Shown: positions 54,680-63,975 of the stretch, piece after piece
How positions within the stretch are numbered: the stretch's first letter is position 1
How the letters are laid out: each line of letters starts with the position of its first letter
Assembly: GCA_964426385.1 (NCBI GenBank)
Contig: CAYRQF010000001.1
Coordinates: 21,712-85,711, forward strand
Reading direction: 5' to 3'
Origin: an uncultured Candidatus Saccharibacteria bacterium
GTDB lineage: Bacteria; Patescibacteriota; Minisyncoccia; Phycocordibacterales; CSBR16-119
DNA length: 64,000 nt
Notes under the pieces: model-generated
Told to the model about the DNA's origin: nothing
Database searches by the model: none
What the model saw: the letters and a program-made list of their open reading frames with translations, nothing else
Position numbers and translations under genes: made by a program

Positions 54680-55156
54680 ATGGACAGCCTTGATTTCAAA
54701 ATCGCCGTTGGGATCTTAGAAGAGATCCGACAGACCCTCAAATTAGCCCAACGTGACGTGCTCCATTTGCATCATGCCGAGGTTTACGTTTCGCCTTATA
54801 ACAGTAATGGCGAAGGATACCTTGTGCGCATGGAAGCTGATCGAGGAAAGAGTATCAGCGGTCCGACGAAGCTCATCAGCGCTCATCTTCAGGTAGGATA
54901 TGATGATGATCGGGCTAGTGTCGCCGGTCTTGTGCTGCACCTCTTTCGTGAAGATGAATGTCACCGCATGGCAACGGTTGAGAACGTGTTCGATGCTATC
55001 CATGGCAAGGGGAGCATCAACGGTGATGTGATAAATGAAAGGACGTGGAAAGCGGCCATTTGCCACTTCCTACGTGCCGCCATTCAGGAGCTGAGGTCGC
55101 GACCTGAAGATGCCAGGGCAGAGGAGGTTGCATCTATCTTGTCCAAGTTCCTATGA
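54680..55156 (+). CDS. Hypothetical protein (cassette gene)
   Basis: 158-aa ORF followed by terminator gaagggcgc-tccgtaag-gcgctcttt-tgctttt. Confidence 0.7.
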   Translation: MDSLDFKIAVGILEEIRQTLKLAQRDVLHLHHAEVYVSPYNSNGEGYLVRMEADRGKSISGPTKLISAHLQVGYDDDRASVAGLVLHLFREDECHRMATVENVFDAIHGKGSINGDVINERTWKAAICHFLRAAIQELRSRPEDARAEEVASILSKFL

Positions 55157-55194
55157 AGAAGTGAAGGGCGCTCCGTAAGGCGCTCTTTTGCTTT

Positions 55195-55713
55195 TTATTT
55201 AATATCAAAACTTTTCTTTAGAGATTCTTCTGTGATCGGATCTATGTGTTGAGTAACAACGATAATTATTTCGTCGTGTAGTCCTAGATCTGTTTTTATA
55301 TTTAAGAAAAGATGCTCGAATGGATAGGGTGATACCCAGACCGAGTTTTTCATACAGAGGAATCCTGCCTTTTTTAGGATGTAACGGATCGAGTCGCGTT
55401 CGCTTTTCCTAGACTCGGGCAGGTCGAGCATGACCATGCGCCAGAAACCGTCCCAGCGAGTGTCGACGAGACTTTTCGGATTACTTAGTTTTATATTACG
55501 GAGTTTCTGACGACCTTCAGGGGTGATGCGGATGAACGATGACTGAGCGGTCTCGATCTCTTCTACGAGTCCGGCCTCTGACAGATTCTTCAGACTGCGG
55601 GTCAGGGCGTAGCGGTCCTTTTGTCCGTCAGCAGAGAGGTCAGCCCTATTCAGGGCTTTTTTTGAGGCCAGGGTTTCGAGGATTTCCTCTTGGATTTTAG
55701 CTTTTCTTGACAT
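55195..55713 (-). CDS. PaaX-like transcriptional regulator (wHTH plus Cas2-like ferredoxin domain)
   Basis: LTRSLKNLSEAGLVE...ITPEGR winged HTH; WDGFWRMVMLDLPE...R...GF...NSVWVSPY. Confidence 0.8.
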   Translation of the reverse strand: MSRKAKIQEEILETLASKKALNRADLSADGQKDRYALTRSLKNLSEAGLVEEIETAQSSFIRITPEGRQKLRNIKLSNPKSLVDTRWDGFWRMVMLDLPESRKSERDSIRYILKKAGFLCMKNSVWVSPYPFEHLFLNIKTDLGLHDEIIIVVTQHIDPITEESLKKSFDIK

Positions 55714-55811
55714 ATATGCAAAATAGCATATATTTTAGTTATTGACAATACTTATGCGACCACGAAAAACTTGTCAAAGTTATAAATATGAATATAATGT
55801 AGTGATATTGG

Positions 55812-55928
55812 TCCCGTTAGAGATGTCTCAGTTAAAGTTGCTCATCACGGGAAGGATATTGCAAATCACAAAGTTATTAGAAAGTTAATGTTGATACGCA
55901 AATTAAAAATTTGCTATCTCTAACGGGA
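55812..55928 (+). repeat. 117-bp element with 13-bp terminal inverted repeats ending on the grpE ATG (copy 2)
   Basis: TCCCGTTAGAGAT...ATCTCTAACGGGA-TG; starts about 13 nt after TATAAT at 55793. Confidence 0.88.
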
Positions 55929-56491
55929 TGACAGACAAAAATGAACAAGATTTTGAAGATGAGATCGAATTTACCGATGAGGACGGCGAAGTCTCAGGCG
56001 GTGACAAGATCAAGAAGCTCAAGGCTGAGCTGAAAATAGCCAAAGAGGACTCTCAGAAGAACCTCGACGGTTGGCAAAGAGCTCTCGCTGACTACGCGAA
56101 CCTCCAGAAGAATTCGACCGATCAGATGAAGGAACTCAAGGGCTACGTTCTCCAGGGATTCATCGAAGACCTCCTCCCAGTACTAGACAGTTTCGAGATG
56201 GCGATGAAGAATCGAGAGAGTTGGGAAGCCGTACCAGAGAATTGGCGAAAAGGTGTCGAGTATATTTACAATCAGCTGTGTGGCGTGATGACGAGTTATG
56301 GTGTAGAGGAGACCGGTAACCCAAAGGATGCATTCAACCCCGAGTATCACTACGCCGTCGAAGAAGTCCCAACCGATGATGCGAAGCTAGATCATCAGAT
56401 ATCTGAGATAGTTCAGAAGGGGTATAAGACAAGTAAATCGGTTATCCGTCCGGCCCAAGTCAAAATATTTATCAGAAAATTAGAAGCATAA
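55928..56491 (+). CDS. grpE: Nucleotide exchange factor GrpE
   Basis: [22 protein letters not shown] and QKGY...IRPAQV motifs. Confidence 0.95.
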   Translation: MTDKNEQDFEDEIEFTDEDGEVSGGDKIKKLKAELKIAKEDSQKNLDGWQRALADYANLQKNSTDQMKELKGYVLQGFIEDLLPVLDSFEMAMKNRESWEAVPENWRKGVEYIYNQLCGVMTSYGVEETGNPKDAFNPEYHYAVEEVPTDDAKLDHQISEIVQKGYKTSKSVIRPAQVKIFIRKLEA

Positions 56492-56501
56492 CAAAAATCA
56501 T

Positions 56502-58385
56502 ATGAGCAAAATTATAGGAATAGATTTAGGAACAACGAACTCTGCTGTCGCCATCATCGAGGGCGGTCAGCCGAGAATCATCGAAAACGCCGAGGGTATG
56601 CGCACCACGCCATCTATCGTCGCACTCGCGAAGAACGGCGACACTATGGTCGGTGTCACAGCCAAGCGTCAGTCTATAACGAACCCGAAGAACACCATCT
56701 ACCAGATCAAGCGATTCATCGGTCACAACTACGACGAACCGGAAGTACAGAAAGACATCAAGTCGATCCCGTTCGAGACTAGGAAGGGTTCAACCGGTGG
56801 CATCGAAGTAAAATTCGGTGATGACTGGAAGCGTCCAGAAGAAATCTCTGCCATGATACTCCAGAAGATCAAGTCTGATGTGGAGGCAAAGCTCGGAGTG
56901 AAAATCACTGAAGCGGTTATTACCGTGCCGGCATACTTTAACGATGCTCAGCGTCAGGCGACCAAAGACGCGGGCAAGATCGCCGGACTCGATGTGAAGC
57001 GCATCATCAACGAGCCGACTGCAGCCGCGCTCGCGTATGGTTTCAATAAGAAAAAGGATGAGAAAATCGTCGTCTTCGACTTCGGAGGCGGAACATTCGA
57101 TATCTCTGTCCTCGAAGTCTCTGAGGACACTATCGAGGTCAAATCTACAGACGGCGACGCTCACTTGGGGGGCAAGGACGTCGACCAGAAGATCATGAAC
57201 TGGCTAGCCGAAGGCTTCCAGAAGGAGAACGGTATAGATCTACGCAAAGATCCTCTCGCTCGACAGCGTCTCGATGACGCCGCCGAGAAGGCGAAAATCG
57301 AGCTCTCTACCGCTATGGAGACAGAGATCAATATCCCATTCATTACGAGTGGTGAAGCTGGCCCGATGCACCTCGTTCGTACGATGAAGCGTGCAGAACT
57401 CGAAGATCTCTGCCGTGAATTCATCGACCGAGCTATCGAGATCTCGAAGCGCGCCATGGATGCATCTCCATTTAAAATCGCTGACATCAACGAGGTCATC
57501 CTCGTCGGAGGACAGACTCGCATGCCAGCTATGCAGGAAGCTGTCGAGAAATTCTTCGGCAAGAAGCCTAACCTCGGCGTAAACCCTGACGAAGTCGTAG
57601 CACTCGGAGCTGCGATCCAGGGCGGAGTTCTACAGGGTGATGTGAAGGACATTCTTCTACTCGACGTTATCCCGCTATCTCTAGGTATCGAGACTCTCGG
57701 CGGAGTTGGCACGAAACTTATCGAAAAAAATACTACGATCCCAGCCTCGAAGTCTCAGGTATTCTCAACCGCCGCAGACAATCAGACATCGACCGAGATC
57801 CACATCGTTCAGGGTGAACGACCGATGGCTGCTGATAACAAGTCTCTCGGACGATTCGTTCTCGAAGGCATCCCACCGGCGCCACGAGGAGTACCGCAGA
57901 TCGAGGTGACATTCGACATCGACGCGAACGGAATACTCAATGTCAAAGCAAAAGATAAAACTTCGGGTAAAGAACAGTCTATCCGCATCGAAGCGTCTTC
58001 AGGACTAACAGATGAAGAGATCAAGAAGATGCAGCAGGATGCAGAGCTCAATGCCGAAGCTGACAAGAAGAAGAAAGAGCTCGTCGATATCAAAAACACT
58101 GCCGAGATGACGATCTTCACAGCAGAGAAAGCTCTCAAAGATGCTGAGGGCAAAGTTGGCGATGATGTGAAGAAAACAGTTGAGGAAAAAGTTGCTAAAC
58201 TAAAGGAGGTCAAAGAATTGCCAGATCATCACACTGATGACGGCGGACGACTAAAATCTGCCACAGACGAACTCATGACAGAGATGCAGAAAATCGGTGA
58301 AGCGATGAGCAAGGCTCAGGGCGCTGAACAGCCAAAGCAAGATGGCGCGCAGGAGGCAGAGGTTGTTGACGATAAGAAAGAGTAA
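56502..58385 (+). CDS. dnaK: Chaperone DnaK
   Basis: [17 protein letters not shown] and DFGGGTFD motifs. Confidence 0.99.
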   Translation: MSKIIGIDLGTTNSAVAIIEGGQPRIIENAEGMRTTPSIVALAKNGDTMVGVTAKRQSITNPKNTIYQIKRFIGHNYDEPEVQKDIKSIPFETRKGSTGGIEVKFGDDWKRPEEISAMILQKIKSDVEAKLGVKITEAVITVPAYFNDAQRQATKDAGKIAGLDVKRIINEPTAAALAYGFNKKKDEKIVVFDFGGGTFDISVLEVSEDTIEVKSTDGDAHLGGKDVDQKIMNWLAEGFQKENGIDLRKDPLARQRLDDAAEKAKIELSTAMETEINIPFITSGEAGPMHLVRTMKRAELEDLCREFIDRAIEISKRAMDASPFKIADINEVILVGGQTRMPAMQEAVEKFFGKKPNLGVNPDEVVALGAAIQGGVLQGDVKDILLLDVIPLSLGIETLGGVGTKLIEKNTTIPASKSQVFSTAADNQTSTEIHIVQGERPMAADNKSLGRFVLEGIPPAPRGVPQIEVTFDIDANGILNVKAKDKTSGKEQSIRIEASSGLTDEEIKKMQQDAELNAEADKKKKELVDIKNTAEMTIFTAEKALKDAEGKVGDDVKKTVEEKVAKLKEVKELPDHHTDDGGRLKSATDELMTEMQKIGEAMSKAQGAEQPKQDGAQEAEVVDDKKE

Positions 58386-58387
58386 AA

Positions 58388-58822
58388 AGATTTAAGATTT
58401 AGGAAGTAAGATTTAAGAGAAAACTAGATGGATAAGAAGATATCAGACTTCAAAGATTTACTTGTCTGGCAAGAAGGACACAAACTAGTACTTTCTATCT
58501 ATAAAAATCTTAAAAACTTTCCTAAAGACGAGATCTATGGACTATCAAGTCAGATGAAGAGAGCTTCTGTTTCCGTAACTTCAAACATTGCTGAAGGTTT
58601 TGGCAGACAAGGTATGAAAGAGAAAATTCAATTCTATTATCTGGCACAAGGCTCTCTCATCGAACTAAAGAATCAAATTGAAGTCGCAAAAGATGTGGGG
58701 TTTATAGATGTTCGCAGTTATAATGAACTGCTTGTAAAAAGTGATCAGACGCACAAACTGCTCCAGGGACTTATAACTAAATCAAAATCTTTCTTAAATC
58801 CTAAATCTTAAATCCTAAATCT
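58388..58822 (+). mobile_element. Four-helix-bundle gene enclosed by inverted 31-bp heptamer-repeat arms (IVS-like element)
   Basis: Left arm agatttaagatttaggaagtaagatttaaga and right arm tcttaaatcctaaatcttaaatcctaaatct are 26/31 complementary; inserted between dnaK and dnaJ. Confidence 0.6.
58428..58811 (+). CDS. Four-helix-bundle protein (23S rRNA IVS / Avd-like family)
   Basis: FKDLLVWQ, FPKDEIYGLSSQMKRASVSVTSNIAEG and AQGSLIE motifs. Confidence 0.92.
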   Translation: MDKKISDFKDLLVWQEGHKLVLSIYKNLKNFPKDEIYGLSSQMKRASVSVTSNIAEGFGRQGMKEKIQFYYLAQGSLIELKNQIEVAKDVGFIDVRSYNELLVKSDQTHKLLQGLITKSKSFLNPKS

Positions 58823-58825
58823 CTC

Positions 58826-59704
58826 ATGTCCAAAGACTATTACAAAATTCTCGAGGTTGAAAAAGGAGCTTCTAAAGAAGAGCTGAAGAAAGCTTTTCGC
58901 AAAAAAGCGCACGAGTATCACCCAGACAAACAGACTGGTAACGAAGCCAAGTTCAAAGAAGTGAACGAAGCTTACCAGGTTCTTTCTGATGACCAGAAAC
59001 GCGCACAGTATGACCGCTTCGGATCCAATGGTCCGCAGTTCGGCGGCCAAAATGGCCAGGGCTTCGGAGGGTTCGACTTTGGAGGATTCAATGTGAACTT
59101 CGATGGATTCGGGAACGGTCAGGAATTCGACCTAAATGACATTTTCTCGGCCTTCGGGGGTGGATTCGGTCAACGGGTCAGAAAAGGCCGAGACATCGTT
59201 CTAACGCTCAATTTGAGCTTCAAGGAGGCTATCCTTGGGGTATCGAAGACCATAAAAGTCCCAGCTAACAGTGCCATGAAGGACAAGGGCGACATCTCGG
59301 TCAAAATCCCAGCCGGTATCGAGAATGGTCAGATGGTGAAACTCGCTGGTTACGGCGAGCCTGTTCAGGACGGACAGGCGGGAGATATACTCCTGCGGAC
59401 ATACGTCGAGCCTCATGGAAGTCTACGCAAAGAGGGAATACATCTAGTTACAAATATCGTGGTCAAACTTACAGACGCGATACTTGGTGCGACTTATGAG
59501 GTGGAAGGTATCGAGGGTCCGATTAAAATAAAGATTCCAAAAGGCATCCAAACCGGCAAGATCCTCCGTATCAAGGGCGCCGGTGTTCCTGCAGGACGTT
59601 TCCAGCATGGTGACTTACTCGTAGTTATCGAAGTAGATATCCCTGACTCTCTTTCTCGTGAACAGAAACGTCTCATCGAGGATCTCCAAAAATCTGGCTT
59701 ATAA
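58826..59704 (+). CDS. dnaJ: DnaJ-class chaperone lacking the zinc finger
   Basis: J domain with HPD, G/F-rich region and C-terminal domain; no CxxCxGxG repeats. Confidence 0.92.
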   Translation: MSKDYYKILEVEKGASKEELKKAFRKKAHEYHPDKQTGNEAKFKEVNEAYQVLSDDQKRAQYDRFGSNGPQFGGQNGQGFGGFDFGGFNVNFDGFGNGQEFDLNDIFSAFGGGFGQRVRKGRDIVLTLNLSFKEAILGVSKTIKVPANSAMKDKGDISVKIPAGIENGQMVKLAGYGEPVQDGQAGDILLRTYVEPHGSLRKEGIHLVTNIVVKLTDAILGATYEVEGIEGPIKIKIPKGIQTGKILRIKGAGVPAGRFQHGDLLVVIEVDIPDSLSREQKRLIEDLQKSGL

Positions 59705-59757
59705 AATCAAGACGAGCGCCTCCCTGGAAGGGAAGGCGCTCGCGCGGGCAGGTGTCT

Positions 59758-60234
59758 TCATTTGTACTTCTCGGCATAGACCAGGATGGCCTCGAACTTG
59801 TTGTGGAATATCTTCTCCACCTCATTCCAGGGCATCGGTGCAGCTGCGCCTTGGCATGGTCCGGAGCGATTATCGCGCTCCTTGTCATCACCAAACGAGC
59901 AGAGCGTGGTAGTTACCTGGTAGTAGGTGCTATCCACCTGCTCGACGCTGAACTTCATGAAGTAGTGGACGTTCGGCCGTGGATCGGCGACGAATTCGAG
60001 ATCGAGGAAGCCTTCCTTGGTACTGTCGGCCTCTGTGATGTCGAAGGTTGTGCTGTCGACCCTGAAGCTATAACCGAGATCCCATTGTTGTCTCCGTTCA
60101 CCAGCCTCGATCACTGCGGCTGCGCGCAGTATCTCGTCAAAGTCCATTGTTGGGGTTGGTGCAGACACAAGCACCTCTTTCTGCTTGCAGCCGTAGAAAG
60201 CTGTGAGAATGAGCGGTAGGATGATCTTTTTCAT
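59758..60234 (-). CDS. Putative lipoprotein (cassette gene)
   Basis: MKKIILPLILTAFYG|CKQKE lipobox-like signal; promoter TTGACA-N16-TAATCT at 60286-60259; leader accaaacacccccttcggac-ATG. Confidence 0.7.
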   Translation of the reverse strand: MKKIILPLILTAFYGCKQKEVLVSAPTPTMDFDEILRAAAVIEAGERRQQWDLGYSFRVDSTTFDITEADSTKEGFLDLEFVADPRPNVHYFMKFSVEQVDSTYYQVTTTLCSFGDDKERDNRSGPCQGAAAPMPWNEVEKIFHNKFEAILVYAEKYK

Positions 60235-60316
60235 GTCCGAAGGGGGTGTTTGGTACTCAGATTACGTAAAAAACTCAGTTTGTCAAGGGCGGTCTCTCCT
60301 CGAAAACATAGGCTCA

Positions 60317-60700
60317 TTAAGCCGCTAGAGACCAATTGTTTTCTGTTTCGTCGTAGGAGAGCATAATTTTATATGCTTCATATAGGTCAGCCTCAATTTC
60401 CTTGAGTTGTTTGGCTCTTGGATTCTGCGGGTCACGGCTTTTGAGTATCTCGCTTATTCTGTGCGTAAGCTTACTTTCTACGTCAGGGTTTTCTTTTGCA
60501 AATCTTTGAAATGCACGACTGCTTTCGCGCTTCGTAGCGAAGCCTTCGTTGTCAGTGAAGAACAGCATGAAGTTGTTGTATGTTGGCCCCATCCTCTCAG
60601 GCTCAGGTGGGCTTACAAATCTTTCAAAAGGAATAGGGTCTTTGGTTTCTCGCCAGTTCTCACTCAAGTTCTGTTGATTGTTTGCTGGAATACTTTCCAT
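60317..60700 (-). CDS. Hypothetical protein, paralogue of 60703-61083
   Basis: Shares the I.(F/Y)E.F.S, Q.F..E.PD and EI...LYEAY..M...NN..L patterns with the neighbour. Confidence 0.7.
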   Translation of the reverse strand: MESIPANNQQNLSENWRETKDPIPFERFVSPPEPERMGPTYNNFMLFFTDNEGFATKRESSRAFQRFAKENPDVESKLTHRISEILKSRDPQNPRAKQLKEIEADLYEAYKIMLSYDETENNWSLAA

Positions 60701-60702
60701 AT

Positions 60703-61083
60703 TTATCCAAAAAGCTCGTAATTATTTTTAACCTCTGGGTGACCAATCATTGTCACATAGGCCTCATAAAGCTTTGGAGCAATTTCTAACAAAAGTTTTG
60801 ATCTATTATCTGTTTTGTCTACGGCTATAACCTCAACCTTTTCCTTTAGATATTTCCACAGATCAGGATGTTCGGTCTTGAATTTCTGATAATAGTCTGC
60901 GCTTTCTTCGTCCCAAGTATCACTGCTGTAAAATTTTAACCAGAAATTACCAAAAGTTTCATTACCGCGGAATTCTCTAGAAATGAAATCCTCATAGCTT
61001 ATGACTTCTTTCGAGTTCTGGATCTCGTTGTATCTTTCCATGTTTCTTCCGTCTCCAAGATTGGGTGTTTCTTTACTTCCCAT
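60703..61083 (-). CDS. Hypothetical protein, paralogue of 60317-60700
   Basis: 126-aa ORF directly downstream of cysS with the same motifs. Confidence 0.7.
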   Translation of the reverse strand: MGSKETPNLGDGRNMERYNEIQNSKEVISYEDFISREFRGNETFGNFWLKFYSSDTWDEESADYYQKFKTEHPDLWKYLKEKVEVIAVDKTDNRSKLLLEIAPKLYEAYVTMIGHPEVKNNYELFG

Positions 61084-61084
61084 A

Positions 61085-62449
61085 TTATATTTTTCTTATT
61101 TCAAACTCTTCGTCTCGATCGAGAACTCCATAGCCGAGCTTGGCAATTTGGTCGCGGAGTTCGTCAGATTTCGCCCAGTCTTTGGCGAGACGTGCGGCAT
61201 TGCGAGTCTTGGCGAGTTCGAGCACTTCAGCCGGGATCTGATCGCGCACCCATGACTCCATTCCGAGACCGAGCACTTTATCCATGTCGAGTAGTGTTGC
61301 TCGCTTGTCTGCGAGAAGCATGTCTTTATCGTTGGCGAGTTGCCAGAGAACTGATAGAGCCTCGGCAGTGTTAAGGTTCTGGTCCAGTGCCTCTGTGAAG
61401 CGTCGCTTGTAATCATGTTTGAGTGCGCCCATATCAGTGCCGAGATCGAGATAGATATTCTTGAGCTTCTTCAGGGCGTTCTGCGATGCCTCGAGTGCCT
61501 CCCATGTGAAGTTCACCAGGCTCCTGTAGCTTCCTTGGAGTAGGAAGTAACGATAGTCGATAGGCGAAAAGCCTTTTTCTACTAGAGTCCGGAGGTAGAT
61601 ATCATTCTCGAGTGACTTAGAGATCTTTTGATTGTCGACGTTGAGGAATGCATTGTGTACCCAGTAGTTTACATACTTTTGTCCCGTCGCATTCTCAGAC
61701 TGAGCGATCTCGTTGTTGTGGTGGATCGGGATGTGGTCGATACCGCCAGTATGCATGTCGAAATGCTCGCCGAGGTATCGCATCGACATACCAGAACACT
61801 CGATATGCCAGCCAGGGAAGCCTTTTCCCCACGGAGTCTCCCAGCCTAGTTCAGTATTGAATTTCCAGAGTGCGAAGTCACGAGAATTTTTCTTCTCAGT
61901 GTTACTCTCTACCCGTGCGACATTTTCATCAGACAGTCCGCCGAGAGCGCCATACTTTACATCCTTGGATGTATCGAAATACACGCCATCACTCGTCGTA
62001 TAGACGAAACCTTTTGCCTCGAGTTTCTTGATGATCTCGATATCTTCTGCGATATGATCTGTTGCGCGTGGCATATGGTCGGGGAGTTCGATGTTGAGGA
62101 GTCGTAGATCAGCGACAAAAACTTCTTCATATTTGAGGGCCACCTCTTTCATAGCTTCGAGAGTCATCGGTAGGCCCTCGCGCTTGAGAGCTTTGGTCAT
62201 CTTGTCATCACCGTCATCGCCATCAGAGACGAGGTGTCCGACATCGGTGATATTCATGACGTGTTTAACCTCGAGCCCCTCGTACTGTAGAACGCGTTTT
62301 AGGATATCAGCGAAGACATATGATCGGAGGTTACCTATGTGGGCATAGTTGTAGACAGTCGGTCCGCAGGAGTATATGCCAGCTTTGCCAGCCTCTATGG
62401 GAACGAATTCCTCTTCTTTTTTACTTAATGTATTGTAGATTTTCAGCAT
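61085..62449 (-). CDS. cysS: Cysteine--tRNA ligase
   Basis: CGPTVY...HIGN, PGWHIEC and KISKS motifs. Confidence 0.97.
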   Translation of the reverse strand: MLKIYNTLSKKEEEFVPIEAGKAGIYSCGPTVYNYAHIGNLRSYVFADILKRVLQYEGLEVKHVMNITDVGHLVSDGDDGDDKMTKALKREGLPMTLEAMKEVALKYEEVFVADLRLLNIELPDHMPRATDHIAEDIEIIKKLEAKGFVYTTSDGVYFDTSKDVKYGALGGLSDENVARVESNTEKKNSRDFALWKFNTELGWETPWGKGFPGWHIECSGMSMRYLGEHFDMHTGGIDHIPIHHNNEIAQSENATGQKYVNYWVHNAFLNVDNQKISKSLENDIYLRTLVEKGFSPIDYRYFLLQGSYRSLVNFTWEALEASQNALKKLKNIYLDLGTDMGALKHDYKRRFTEALDQNLNTAEALSVLWQLANDKDMLLADKRATLLDMDKVLGLGMESWVRDQIPAEVLELAKTRNAARLAKDWAKSDELRDQIAKLGYGVLDRDEEFEIRKI

Positions 62450-62459
62450 GACCTTGATT

Positions 62460-62494
62460 TAACCTGTCCACTATAACCTATAACCTAGCACCTA
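62460..62494 (-). repeat. Single heptamer array (TAGGTTA)n right after the corA stop
   Basis: Minus strand reads taggtgc taggtta taggtta tagtgga caggtta. Confidence 0.55.
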
Positions 62495-62495
62495 A

Positions 62496-63416
62496 TCAAA
62501 GCCACTTCTTACCCTTGAAATATATGAACATCGTGAGTCCGACGATAACCATGAATATGAGTACTAGTATAAAATCCTGAGAATCCTGGATGAATAGCAT
62601 CGACTCGTGGACGTTCATACCAAATATTCCTGTTATTAGCGAGATAGGAAGCATGATGAATGTCATCGTCGTCAGAGTCTTGATCGTCTGGTTCGTCTTG
62701 GTTGAGAGGAGTGAGTCGTTAGTGTCACGGAGGTCGTTCAGGATCTCCTTGCCTACATCTAGAGTATTCTTGACCCTGTTGTATTCGGAGATAACGAGTT
62801 CGATACTGTAGTCGAAGTTTTCTCCAAAGAGCTTTCTCGCTGCGATCTCAAAAGACTTCAGTATCTCGCCATGATGGCGCATCGCTTGTTTGAAGTTCAG
62901 AAACTCTCTGTTAGTTTCCGATATCATGCTCACAGCCTCGGTCTGGCGGTTCTTGAATATATGCTCTTCGATTTTCTTCAGTGAGTCGTTGATATTTTCG
63001 AGGTTGTCGACGGATGTCTTGTATAGCTCGCGGAGAATATGGATGAACAGATATCCTGCATGCTCGCCGATGCTTGATTTGTCTAGGAAAGTATCACGGT
63101 CGAACAGTCTGGAGAAATTGTTCATGGGGTCGACAGCATCATACCTGGTTGTTACGAGGAAATTCTTGCCTACGACGAAGTCTATCTCTTGTTCGATATG
63201 TTCAGGGTCCGACCCGACGACAGGGAAGTGTAGCACTAGGTATATTAGACCCAGTTTCTCATAGTAGTCGACTTTGGATCGGAGGGTGCAAGTTCCGAGC
63301 TCTTCGGCCATGATAGCTGGTAGACCGAATTCCTCGATCGTGTTCATGATCTCGGCGCGAGTCGGAGACTCGAGGTCAACCCAAGTCGTGTTCTTGTATT
63401 TGTATTTATAAACCAT
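62496..63416 (-). CDS. corA: CorA-family Mg2+ transporter
   Basis: TWVDLESP, two C-terminal TM helices and the GIFGMN signature. Confidence 0.92.
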   Translation of the reverse strand: MVYKYKYKNTTWVDLESPTRAEIMNTIEEFGLPAIMAEELGTCTLRSKVDYYEKLGLIYLVLHFPVVGSDPEHIEQEIDFVVGKNFLVTTRYDAVDPMNNFSRLFDRDTFLDKSSIGEHAGYLFIHILRELYKTSVDNLENINDSLKKIEEHIFKNRQTEAVSMISETNREFLNFKQAMRHHGEILKSFEIAARKLFGENFDYSIELVISEYNRVKNTLDVGKEILNDLRDTNDSLLSTKTNQTIKTLTTMTFIMLPISLITGIFGMNVHESMLFIQDSQDFILVLIFMVIVGLTMFIYFKGKKWL

Positions 63417-63544
63417 ATTAGATGCTCAAATTATAGCCGACAATGTCTATATTTTTCATGGATTTTGCGCGTTTTTGGGGATATCGCCACACCCACAGGT
63501 GGGGTATTGCAAAATTCTGGATTTAATATAGAATACTTTCCATT

Positions 63545-63862
63545 ATGTTATTCGCAGTTATCAAAACCGGCGCCAAGCAGTATAAGGTCGCAGAAGGCGA
63601 TGTTATCAAAATCGAGAAGCTCTCCGGAGACTTCAAAAAAGGCGACAAAGTCTCGTTTGACGAAGTCCTTATGATCGATGACGGGTCTGTTACTACTATC
63701 GGTAACCCTACTATCAAGGGCATATCTATCCCGGCTACATTCGAGGAGGCTGGCCGAAATAAGACTATCGACGTTATCAAATACAAGGCTAAATCTAACT
63801 ATTTCAAGAAGAGAGGTCACCGACAGCCATTCGTAAAGGTGAAAATCGGCAAGATCGCGTAA
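63545..63862 (+). CDS. rplU: 50S ribosomal protein bL21
   Basis: AVIKTGAKQYKV and KRGHRQ motifs. Confidence 0.96.
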   Translation: MLFAVIKTGAKQYKVAEGDVIKIEKLSGDFKKGDKVSFDEVLMIDDGSVTTIGNPTIKGISIPATFEEAGRNKTIDVIKYKAKSNYFKKRGHRQPFVKVKIGKIA

Positions 63863-63924
63863 TCTCCTAGAATATCAAGCACCAGGCCCCGAAAAGGGGT
63901 CTTTTGCTATGTCTAAGCAATGTA

Positions 63925-63953
63925 TTGACTTTATATATGGAATATGGTATAGT
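63925..63953 (+). promoter_or_regulatory. sigma70 promoter of a further cassette
   Basis: TTGACT-N17-TATAGT; leader agtaaccaaaagcacacac-ATG. Confidence 0.7.
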
Positions 63954-63975
63954 TATAGTAACCAAAAGCACACAC

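Noticed and set aside
55195-55713. Cas2 / CRISPR-Cas locus
   Set aside because: The Cas2-like fold is the central domain of PaaX-type regulators. There is no cas1 and no repeat-spacer array in the window.
58388-58822. Heptamer arrays (also at 22619, 43070, 62460) as CRISPR repeats or a DGR
   Set aside because: They are period-7 tandem units without unique spacers, and no reverse transcriptase or TR/VR pair is visible.
427-63820. Numerous short overlapping ORFs in the six-frame track (e.g. 427-894, 21218-21850, 32222-32923, 57161-57712, 59752-60219)
   Set aside because: They lie antisense or out of frame within well-supported genes and have no motifs or expression signals.
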